Assembly: GCA_964443325.1 (NCBI GenBank)
Contig: CAYUCL010000006.1
Span: forward strand, 14,644-78,643
DNA length: 64,000 bases
Direction: 5' to 3'
Source of the DNA: an uncultured Dehalococcoidales bacterium
GTDB taxonomy: Bacteria > Chloroflexota > Dehalococcoidia > E44-bin15
In this document: piece after piece, positions 8,976 through 16,603 of the stretch
How the letters are laid out: the number at the start of each line of letters is the position of its first letter
Position numbering within the stretch: the first letter of the stretch is position 1
Notes under the pieces: generated by a model
Databases searched by the model: none
Told to the model about the DNA's origin: nothing
What the model saw: only the letters and a program-made list of their open reading frames with translations
Program-made: the position numbers and the translations under genes

Positions 8976-10340
8976 ATGCAGAATACGAGGCTATTTGGAA
9001 CCAGTGGCATCAGGGGTGTGGTCAATCAAGACCTGACGCCAGAGTTGTGCCAGGCAGTGGGCCAGGCGATTGGTGCAACACTGCCTACACATTCAAGGGT
9101 ATGTATCGCCACTGATACGCGGGTGAGCCGAGAAATGGTCAAGAACGCCGTCACTTTAAGCTTGCTTTCTTCAGGCGTAGATGTGACCAGCTTTGGAATT
9201 CTCCCCACCCCGGCACTGGCGCTACTGACCCGCGAGATGGGATTTGATACTGGTATCATGATCACTGCTTCGCATAATCCCCCCGAGTACAATGGCATCA
9301 AACTTTTCAATGGGAACTCAATGGGATATAGCGGGGCTCAGGAAGCCGAGATAGAGCAATTGATGAGCAAAAAGACAGTGAAGATAAGCTTCCCGGGCAC
9401 GCTCAGTCCAGGTCAGCAGTTGAAGGAAACCTACTTCCAGTTCATACAGGACAGGTTCTCCGGCAAGGGCTTCGACCGTCACATGAGGATCGTTGTTGAC
9501 CCGGGAAACGGTGCCGCTGCGGGATTTGCCAGCGAGCTTTTCTCCACCATGGGCTTCAAGGTGTTGCCCTTGAACGATAAGCCAGACGGGCTTTTCCCGG
9601 GAAGAGACCCCGAGCCCATGGAGGATACGCTGCGGGGCACGGTGGAGTTCCTCAGACAGGAGAAGGCTGACCTCGCCGTCTGTTTCGATGGCGATGCCGA
9701 CCGGGTTGTGTTCTGCGACAGGGAGGGGTTCCTCGGATTCAATGAGATGGTCGCCTATATCTCCAGGATTATTGCCATGCAGACGGGGAGGAAGAAAATC
9801 GCCACCACCGTCGAAACGGGCAGACTTCTCGATCTATCGGTGGCGGATCTAGGAGTGGAGGTGGTGCGAGGGATGGTTGGGGATACGGATGTCGCCTATC
9901 TGGCAAGGGAGCTCGATGCTGCCATCGGGGTGGAGGGAGTGGGGGTGTATATAATCCCGGAGGCGGGATACTATCCCGACAGTATTTTCGCTGTACTTAC
10001 ACTCCTAAGCCATCTGAACGATACGCGTGAGATCAGAGGATTCTTCGATGGGATTCCCAGGCTTTTTTTCGAGAAGAGTAAAATACAATGCCCCAATAGG
10101 CTCAAAGAAGATGTCATGGTGGAGATAAGGAAAAGGGTCCATCTCTTTGAAGCCAGTGAGATGAATATCCTGGATGGGCTGAGGCTTGAATACGATGATG
10201 CCTGGATGCTTATCAGGGCTAGCGGCACCGAGCCAGCCATCAGGGTCATTGCGGAGGCTCCATCGCGATCGAGAACCGTAGAGCTCCTGGCCGAGGGGGC
10301 CGAGGCAGTTCACTCATGCCTTGCGAGGTGCGAGCTATGA
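8976..10340 (+). CDS. glmM: Phosphohexomutase of the alpha-D-phosphohexomutase superfamily, probably phosphoglucosamine mutase (archaeal-type GlmM)
   Basis: Phospho-Ser loop TASHNPPEYNGIK and N-terminal LFGTSGIRGVVN. 454 aa. It lies directly upstream of nucleotidyltransferase/acetyltransferase and glmS genes. The stop overlaps the next ATG (ATGA at 10337-10340). Confidence 0.65.
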   Translation: MQNTRLFGTSGIRGVVNQDLTPELCQAVGQAIGATLPTHSRVCIATDTRVSREMVKNAVTLSLLSSGVDVTSFGILPTPALALLTREMGFDTGIMITASHNPPEYNGIKLFNGNSMGYSGAQEAEIEQLMSKKTVKISFPGTLSPGQQLKETYFQFIQDRFSGKGFDRHMRIVVDPGNGAAAGFASELFSTMGFKVLPLNDKPDGLFPGRDPEPMEDTLRGTVEFLRQEKADLAVCFDGDADRVVFCDREGFLGFNEMVAYISRIIAMQTGRKKIATTVETGRLLDLSVADLGVEVVRGMVGDTDVAYLARELDAAIGVEGVGVYIIPEAGYYPDSIFAVLTLLSHLNDTREIRGFFDGIPRLFFEKSKIQCPNRLKEDVMVEIRKRVHLFEASEMNILDGLRLEYDDAWMLIRASGTEPAIRVIAEAPSRSRTVELLAEGAEAVHSCLARCEL

Positions 10341-11656
10341 AGGTGGTCTTTCTCTGTGGGGGCATCGGGAAGAGGATGTTCCCTATTACCGAGGATAAGT
10401 TCCTGCTCAAGTTTCTGGGGAAAACCCTGCTAGAACACCAGATCGAGAGGGCAAAGGAGGCTGGGCTGACGGACTTCGTTTTCATCGCAAGTCCGAGCAA
10501 TATCGACAGAGTGGGGGAGATCACAAAGAGCCTTACTGGTGTCAAGGCCGAGCTGGCCCTCCAGATTCGGCCGATGGGAATTGCTGATGCACTCAGGAGT
10601 GCTGAGCGCTTTTTCGACGGTGAAATCATCGTGCTCAACCCGAACGACATCTTCGAAAGATCAGCCTATAGCAGCCTTATTGAAGCCGTCAGTGACAACT
10701 CTGCCATTTCATACCTGCTTGGCTACGAAGTGAAAAGCTATTTCCCCGGGGGCTACCTTGTGGTGAACGAGAACAACGAGTTGCAAATCATCATTGAAAA
10801 GCCAGGCAAGGGTGTGGAGCCGAGTAATCTGGTAAACGTCATGGTTCACCTCCATACCGATCCAAAGAGGCTTATCAAATACGCTGATGGCGTCGAGAGC
10901 CGTAGAGATGATATTTATGAGTGCGCCTTAGATGCTATGGTGAGGGACAAGCATAAGATCAAGGTCGTTCCCTATTCCGGCTTCTGGACGGCGATAAAGT
11001 ACCCGTGGCATATATTCAATGTGGTGAGGCGATTCCTCGACGAGAGCGAAGGATACATATCACCATCGGCAAATATCTCTGACAAGGCGGTAATCGAGGG
11101 CAAGGTTATTATAAGTGACAACGTAAGGATTTTCGAGAATGCGGTCATACGTGGGCCTGTGTACATCGGACCGAACTCGGTGATCGGCAATGGTAGCCTG
11201 GTTCGGGAATACAGCCACATCGGGGCAAATTGCGTTGTGGGATATTCGACCGAGGTAAAGAACTCCTATATTGGGGATAATTGCTGGTTTCACATGAGCT
11301 ACATCGGTGATTCCATAATAGCTGAGCGATGCTCCTTTGGCGCTGGGACCACACTGGCCAACTTCCGTTTTGACGAAGGAAATATCTCGGTCAGAATAGG
11401 GGATGAGTTGGTAGATACTGGGCTCGATAAGCTGGGGGCCATAATCGGGAACAACTCCAGGACGGGGATAAACGCCAGCGTTCTGCCCGGTATTAGAATC
11501 GGTCCCAATTCTGTTGTCGGCCCACACGTATGCCTTGCCGAGGATCTTGAACAAGGCAAGTTTGCCGTAGTTGAGCCGAGGTATAGGGTAATGTCAAACA
11601 AGATCAGGGTGAATAATCAAGAGAATGCAAGGGGAGGAGGGAGTTTCGAAAAATAG
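10337..11656 (+). CDS. Bifunctional sugar-1-phosphate nucleotidylyltransferase / acetyltransferase (N-terminal NTP_transferase, C-terminal left-handed beta-helix), GlmU-like archaeal type
   Basis: N-terminal MKVVFLCGGIGKRMFP matches the G-G-x-G-x-R nucleotidyltransferase motif. The C-terminal half is rich in hexapeptide repeats (IGPNSVIGNGSLV, IGANCVVGYSTEV, IGDNCWF). It lies between glmM-like and glmS genes. Confidence 0.7.
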   Translation: MKVVFLCGGIGKRMFPITEDKFLLKFLGKTLLEHQIERAKEAGLTDFVFIASPSNIDRVGEITKSLTGVKAELALQIRPMGIADALRSAERFFDGEIIVLNPNDIFERSAYSSLIEAVSDNSAISYLLGYEVKSYFPGGYLVVNENNELQIIIEKPGKGVEPSNLVNVMVHLHTDPKRLIKYADGVESRRDDIYECALDAMVRDKHKIKVVPYSGFWTAIKYPWHIFNVVRRFLDESEGYISPSANISDKAVIEGKVIISDNVRIFENAVIRGPVYIGPNSVIGNGSLVREYSHIGANCVVGYSTEVKNSYIGDNCWFHMSYIGDSIIAERCSFGAGTTLANFRFDEGNISVRIGDELVDTGLDKLGAIIGNNSRTGINASVLPGIRIGPNSVVGPHVCLAEDLEQGKFAVVEPRYRVMSNKIRVNNQENARGGGSFEK

Positions 11657-12167
11657 AAGCGGTGGAAGAATCTCCACCACACCGAGATTCTTCCCCTTCA
11701 CTCTGTTCAGGGTCAGAATGACAGTAAGGGCTGGTGGGTGGGAAGACACGGCTGTCATTGCGAGGAGCATTAGCGACGAAGCAATCCAAGGGAGGCATTC
11801 CAGGCCCACGTATCATTCTGTGGGTCTCTATGGGGAGCGGCAGCACACATGTCATTCTGAGAGTCCTCGAGTAAAACGAAGGGCCATGGAGAGCCCCCCA
11901 CCGAGATTGCTTCCCCTTCACTTTGTGAAGGGTCGCAATGACAATAACGGACCGGGGTTTAGATGTGTACACATAGAGATTCTTCGCTGCGCTCAGAATG
12001 ACAGTTAAAGCGATGGGGTAGGCTACCCTGTTTAGGTATGCGCCCCAGGGTGGGCGGGTGGGTGGGAATTTAAGGATATCGTTGCCAGGTCTCCGAAGGC
12101 GACTCGCCTTTGGCGAGGGCATCAGAGGCGAATAAATATTCGGGGGAGGAAATGGAAGGAAAGAATA
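11657..12167. repeat. Repeat-rich 510-bp intergenic spacer (CCACCGAGATTCTTCCCCTTCAC..GTCAGAATGACAG family plus GGCGACTCGCC hairpins)
   Basis: Three degenerate copies of a roughly 45-bp unit ending in (T/C)CAGAATGACA (11673-11745, 11894-11950, 11975-12002). Related copies occur at 26300 and 26760-26810. The GGCGACTCGCCTTTGGCGAG hairpin also occurs at 16925-16960 and 26395-26415. Confidence 0.6.
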
Positions 12168-13940
12168 ATGTGCGGAATAGTCGGTTTTGTAGGCAAAAGC
12201 GATGCTGCGCCCAGTGTGCTTAGAGCGCTGAGGAAGCTGGAGTACCGCGGTTATGATTCTGCCGGTATGGCCACCATCAGCAATGGCCACATTTCGTACG
12301 GTAAAGACGTAGGCATGCTCGCAGAGGTGGAGCAAAAACAGGGCCTCGATAAGCTTTCGGGACGGGTTGGGATTGGGCATGTCCGCTGGGCAACTCATGG
12401 TGGCGTTACTCCAATAAATGCGCACCCTCATTTCGACTGCAAGCAGCAGATCGCAGTGGTCCATAACGGGATCGTAGAGAATCACGAGCAACTGCGGCGC
12501 AGACTCAAGAGCGGGCACAATTTCGTCTCCGAAACCGACACCGAGGTGATTCCCCATCTTATTGAAGAGTATATGGAAACGGGCGCCTCTCTTGAGCAGG
12601 CCATGTGCCAGACGGTGAAAGAGCTCAGGGGCTCCTATGCTATCCTTGCCATCTCAGCTAGTGAACCGCAGAAGATAGTTGCTGCCCGCAAGGATAGCCC
12701 TATGGTGGTTGGGGTCGGGGAGGGTGGAAACTACATTGCCAGCGATGCTCTTTGTTTCCTCGATACTACCAATCGAGTTCTGTTCGTTGAAGACGGCGAT
12801 ATCGTCAGTGTGACCAGGGAGAAAGTCACCTTTCTCGATAGCGGCGGTATGGAATTACAGAGAGAGCCGCAGGAAATAGACTGGAAATGGGACGAAGCCA
12901 CAAAGCAGGGTTATGACTTCTTCATGCACAAGGAGATAATGGAGCAACCGCAGGCAGTGCGCTCTGCCCTGATGCAGGACAGGCATTTAATAATGGGAAT
13001 GGCCATGGACATTCTGAGGGCAAGATCGGTGGTGTTTACCGGCTGCGGCACTTCCAGGCATGCCGCCCTCATCGGCAGGTATCTTTTTTCAAAGGTTGGC
13101 GGCAAGCTGAGCGATGTCATAATAGGCTCTGAATTCCATCATTTCTCCGATTCGATTGACAGGAACACCGTGGTGGTAGCCATCTCCCAGAGCGGTGAGA
13201 CCGCCGATGTTCTGGAAGGGGTGAAGAGAGCCAAGGAGAACGGAGCTGCCATATTCTCCGTGGTCAACGTGGTGGGGTCTTCACTGGCCAGGATGAGTGA
13301 CAAGGTCATCTATCTAAACTGCGGTCCTGAGATAGGCGTAGCCGCCAGCAAGACGTTCGTGAGCCAACTGGTAATCTTGTATCTACTGGCTTTTGCTATG
13401 GTAAATAGACTTCGCGAAGGGGTTCGCACCATCAGGGCCATTTCTCCGTTGATAGAGAAGAATTGCAATCACAACGGAGACTCCTTAGAAAAATTGTCTG
13501 TGATACTCAGGGAAAAGAACCAGTTCTATTACATAGCTCGGGGGATAAACTTCGCTATAGCTGCTGAAGCGGCACTGAAGCTCAAGGAGATCGCCTACGT
13601 ATATGCCGAGGGCATGCCCGCCGGGGAGCTGAAGCATGGCAGTTTGGCCTTAATAGAGGAAGGAACTCCAGTAGTGGCGATATGCCCGGCGGATTATACA
13701 TTTGAAGAGACCATGTCCAATGTCGCTGAGGCCAAGGCACGGGGGGCATTTGTCATCGGGGTTTCCGACCGCGACGAAGAGCTCTTTGACAGGTGGATCA
13801 GGATTCCTTCTGTTGGGGAGGTATTGTACCCCTTGGTGAGCATCGTGCCGCTTCAGCTTTTTGCCTATCACTCGGCGGTGGCACGGGGCCTGGACCCCGA
13901 TAAGCCTCGCAACCTGGCGAAGTCGGTGACTGTTAAATAG
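12168..13940 (+). CDS. glmS: Glutamine--fructose-6-phosphate aminotransferase (isomerizing)
   Basis: N-terminal MCGIVGFVG class-II glutamine amidotransferase with Cys2, followed by two SIS domains. 590 aa. The C-terminus ends ...NLAKSVTVK as in GlmS. An RBS GGAGGAAATGGAAGG lies upstream. Confidence 0.9.
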   Translation: MCGIVGFVGKSDAAPSVLRALRKLEYRGYDSAGMATISNGHISYGKDVGMLAEVEQKQGLDKLSGRVGIGHVRWATHGGVTPINAHPHFDCKQQIAVVHNGIVENHEQLRRRLKSGHNFVSETDTEVIPHLIEEYMETGASLEQAMCQTVKELRGSYAILAISASEPQKIVAARKDSPMVVGVGEGGNYIASDALCFLDTTNRVLFVEDGDIVSVTREKVTFLDSGGMELQREPQEIDWKWDEATKQGYDFFMHKEIMEQPQAVRSALMQDRHLIMGMAMDILRARSVVFTGCGTSRHAALIGRYLFSKVGGKLSDVIIGSEFHHFSDSIDRNTVVVAISQSGETADVLEGVKRAKENGAAIFSVVNVVGSSLARMSDKVIYLNCGPEIGVAASKTFVSQLVILYLLAFAMVNRLREGVRTIRAISPLIEKNCNHNGDSLEKLSVILREKNQFYYIARGINFAIAAEAALKLKEIAYVYAEGMPAGELKHGSLALIEEGTPVVAICPADYTFEETMSNVAEAKARGAFVIGVSDRDEELFDRWIRIPSVGEVLYPLVSIVPLQLFAYHSAVARGLDPDKPRNLAKSVTVK

Positions 13941-14062
13941 GGCATAGAAATGTCCAGGCTGTATTTTAATAGATTTAAACGGCGATGTAGAAGTATTCTC
14001 CGGAAGTGATAGGAACACGAGGCCTGTTATATATAACCGCCATCCTGGCGGCAATGAATATC

Positions 14063-14100
14063 GGCTACGTTTAGGTTACTGGACGTAGCCTTCGTTTTTG
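14063..14100 (+). terminator. Candidate rho-independent terminator after glmS
   Basis: GGCTACGT-TTAGGTTACTGG-ACGTAGCC is an 8-bp stem followed by TTCGTTTTTGTGG. Confidence 0.5.
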
Positions 14101-14209
14101 TGGCATGTATCCTCTTCGCCTTGGTAGCAAAAAAGATAGGCTCACTCATAGGAGTGACCCTATCTTAAGGCATGGCTATTATAGTGAGGTGTCTAATGGT
14201 CCTCTTCTT

Positions 14210-14512
14210 CTAAGTGAGGACTTCAATGACCTTCATCACTACAATCATGCCAAAGACCATTAGCAAGGGGGCGATGCCCACACTGAGACGATTCCCCAGC
14301 ATTTGAAATCGCCGCCCCACGCTGGCGCCGGCAAGCTCCTTCGTTGCCAAGAAAGCGATTAGAAGGATGACTGCCACAGCGCCTAACGTAGCCATGGATG
14401 CGACAGAGGCTGTGGTGGTAGTGGTAGTGGTCACCGCACTTGTTACTGCACTTGTTACTGTCGAAATCATTTGTTCACCGCCCTTGTTACTGTTGAAATC
14501 ATTTGCGTTCAT
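14210..14512 (-). CDS. Small hypothetical 2-TM membrane protein with a tandemly repeated Thr-rich N-terminus
   Basis: The ORF reads MNANDFNSNKGGEQMISTVTSAVTSAVTTTTTTTASVAS, then two hydrophobic segments (MATLGAVAVILLIAFLA; VGIAPLLMVFGMIVVMKVI). The 5' end holds nucleotide direct repeats (AAATGATTTC(A/G)ACAGTAACAAG x2; AGTAACAAGTGC x2). The start may be the second ATG at 14470, which has an upstream GGGCGGTG. Confidence 0.4.
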   Translation of the reverse strand: MNANDFNSNKGGEQMISTVTSAVTSAVTTTTTTTASVASMATLGAVAVILLIAFLATKELAGASVGRRFQMLGNRLSVGIAPLLMVFGMIVVMKVIEVLT

Positions 14513-14630
14513 GATAAGGCATGCTTTTAAATTGTGCAATCGGGGAATCCCTGAATTTGTACTTCTAAATACCTGAGTTTGCAGGTAGCTGAAAACATGT
14601 TCGAAGGCTGCATGTGTTACCTGCCGCTGA

Positions 14631-14834
14631 CCGGTCTCCTCGACTTGGTACGCCCAGAAGGCCGACAAGTGCGAGGCGCTCCAGCTTGTAGCTGAAGGCA
14701 AAGCCACAGAGGCGATTATGTACACTCGCTGCGTAGGCGCTATTGGCGTCGAAACGAGCCGTCAACAAACTGCGAACAGGATGAGTATTCGCGGTGTAGG
14801 TGAGCTAACCGAATATGTCATCCTCCACTGTTGA
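14631..14834 (+). pseudogene. Decayed remnant of a LuxR-type HTH (response-regulator C-terminus)
   Basis: The frame translates ...YAQKADKCEALQLVAEGKATEAIMYTRCVGAIGVETSRQQTANRMSIRGVGELTEYVILHC*. This is collinear with [56 protein letters not shown] of the intact regulators. There is no receiver domain and no start. It runs directly into URE copy C. Confidence 0.55.
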
Positions 14835-14940
14835 CCTGTCCTATTGGCGTTATTGCGTGACAGATTCAGGTATTTCGAAGCCCAAAATCAGGGATTTCCT
14901 GATTGTAGACTGAGGTATAACGATGTAGTTTAAGGATGTT
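14825..14940 (+). repeat. URE copy C (CCACTGTTGACCTGTCCTATTGGCGTTATTGCGTGACAG plus two TCAGG(K)ATTTC repeats plus the GATTGTAGACTGAGGTATAACGATGTAGTTTAAGG box)
   Basis: Family member. It lies 230 nt upstream of the ATG at 15171. Confidence 0.8.
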
Positions 14941-15170
14941 AACTACTAGCTTGGGTAGGATTGAATACGATTTGTAGGGTTACGTCATACGGTAAGTCAG
15001 ATCCAGCTAGAAGGTTGTGCTCAGGACTCTTGGTGAGGATTGCGGCATTAGGCACAGCGGAGCTCGATGGCTGAATGTAGATAACCGGTAAGTTACAGTC
15101 GGAGGCGTTATTCAAGGGCCAACCGATTGAGACCTAGCGGCATCGTCCTCTACTGTAGGGAGCGCACAGG

Positions 15171-16253
15171 ATGTTAAAACAGGATGAGATGAAAACGCAA
15201 CTCCTAGATAAGCTGCCAGCATTGTTGCAGCCAACTGCTGAGTTGGAAGCATCAGAAACCGAGCGCAAGCGGGCGGAGGAGGCACTGGAGAAATCCGAAG
15301 GACTGTCCCGAGGCCTGATAGAGGCTGCGACAGTCGGCATATACATTGTCCAAAATGGGAAGTTCCAGTATGTCACCCCAGAATACGCACAGATTTCGGG
15401 TTACACAGTTGATGAGCTTTTAGGGACTTATTCTCTCAATTATATCCACCCGGACGATAAAGAGACGGTCAGAAAGAAAGCAGTAGAGCACCTGAAGGGT
15501 AAGAATGGGATACCCTACAAGTTTAGGCTTGTATGTAAGGACGGCAGGATATTGTGGGGTTTGGAGAAGGTTGCTTCCATCCGGTACAAAGGGAGGCCAG
15601 CAACGGTAGGAAGCTTTAGGGATATCACCGAGCGCAAACAGGCTGAGGAGACGTTCAGACAGAGTTTGGAAAAACTGGAAAGAATATTGGGGCAAACGGT
15701 CAATGCGCTGGCATCGGTGGTCGAATTAAGGGATCCCACAATGGCTGGTCACCAGAGGCGGGTAGCCCACCTGGCGAGCGCTATAGCCAGTGAGATGGGG
15801 CTCCTAGAGGATCAGATTAGTGGAATCTATATGGCCGGGCTTGTTCACGATGTGGGCACGGTATATGTGGCTGAAGAAATCCTCAGAAAGCCCGGTCGGT
15901 TAGATGAGGTTGAATTCAGCATGGTGAAAGTTCAGCCTCAAGCCTCTTACGACATATTGAAGACGATAGAGTTCCCATGGCCGGTTGCCGAGATGGTGCT
16001 TCAGCATCGCGAAAGGATGGATGGGTCTGGCTATCCTGCCGGTTTATCGGGTGAAGATATTCTCCTGGAAGCGAGGATTTTGGGGGTAGCTGAAGTTGTC
16101 GAGGCTATGACCTCCGACCGATCTTACCGACCAGCTCCGGGCATAGATGCAGCCCTGGCTGAGATTTTAAACAACCGGGGCATCCTATATGACCCGGTGG
16201 TGGTAGATACCTACTTGAGGCTCTTCAACGAGAATAGGTTTAAGTTCGAGTAG
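15171..16253 (+). CDS. PAS-HD-GYP domain protein (c-di-GMP phosphodiesterase type) with coiled-coil N-terminal leader
   Basis: Leader MLKQDEMKTQLLDKLPALLQPTAELEASETERKRAEEALEKSE. PAS: GIYIVQNGKFQYVTPEYAQISGY...DITERKQAEE. HD-GYP: HQRRVAHLASAIA...GLVHDVG...HRERMDGSGYPAGLSGEDI. 360 aa. About 85% identical to 18548-19630. Confidence 0.85.
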   Translation: MLKQDEMKTQLLDKLPALLQPTAELEASETERKRAEEALEKSEGLSRGLIEAATVGIYIVQNGKFQYVTPEYAQISGYTVDELLGTYSLNYIHPDDKETVRKKAVEHLKGKNGIPYKFRLVCKDGRILWGLEKVASIRYKGRPATVGSFRDITERKQAEETFRQSLEKLERILGQTVNALASVVELRDPTMAGHQRRVAHLASAIASEMGLLEDQISGIYMAGLVHDVGTVYVAEEILRKPGRLDEVEFSMVKVQPQASYDILKTIEFPWPVAEMVLQHRERMDGSGYPAGLSGEDILLEARILGVAEVVEAMTSDRSYRPAPGIDAALAEILNNRGILYDPVVVDTYLRLFNENRFKFE

Positions 16254-16294
16254 GGGTGGTACGTTCCTGATCGAGTCGCAGGGTTGCACCAGCT

Positions 16295-16603
16295 ATGGTT
16301 GAGCATGTCAACGATTTTCAGACGCTTCCGAAAAACAACTTCAAGAGCAAATATTCTGCTAAGATCATAGATATCTTGGAAAACCCTCAACTGGCCGAGG
16401 CGGACGGCATCTTTGCCACGCCGACAGTGATCAGAACTTGTCTAGTACCAATCAGGAGAATAGTGGGGAGCCTCGGCGAGCAAGAGAAGGTACTGGCGAT
16501 GTTGTATTTGGAGGAGACAAAGCTAGGGTTGGCCGTGTCCGCCTTTGTCGGGCCAGCAGGAAGTCTTCTCTCCTCTTCTGGAGTGAATGTGTCAGCAGCT
16601 TAA
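16295..16603 (+). CDS. KaiB-like protein (lacks the usual first beta-strand; has a roughly 35-aa Gly/Ser-rich C-terminal tail)
   Basis: Residues 20-75 are SAKIIDILENPQLAEADGIFATPTVIRTCLVPIRRIVGSLGEQEKVLAMLYLEE. They align with the KaiB core ([22 protein letters not shown]...PVRRIIGDLS..EKVLIGLDLL); the KaiB sequence is quoted from memory. An in-frame stop at 16268-16270 prevents N-terminal extension. Confidence 0.6.
   Translation: MVEHVNDFQTLPKNNFKSKYSAKIIDILENPQLAEADGIFATPTVIRTCLVPIRRIVGSLGEQEKVLAMLYLEETKLGLAVSAFVGPAGSLLSSSGVNVSAA

Noticed and set aside
11604-12557. 317-aa - strand ORF spanning the glmU-glmS spacer and the glmS start
   Set aside because: It is composed of translated intergenic repeats, overlaps the well-supported glmS start on the opposite strand, and has no domain-like sequence.
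14565-14768. 67-aa - strand ORF
   Set aside because: It is antisense to the LuxR-HTH pseudogene remnant on the + strand and has no features of a real gene.
16200-16294. Idea that the KaiB-like N-terminus (missing first beta-strand) is encoded by the overlapping C-terminus of the HD-GYP gene (..YLRLFNE.. resembles KaiB YVLKLYV)
   Set aside because: The spacing is wrong, since about 30 codons would intervene where KaiB has about 12. The frames also differ, and an in-frame stop is present. This is a coincidental resemblance.
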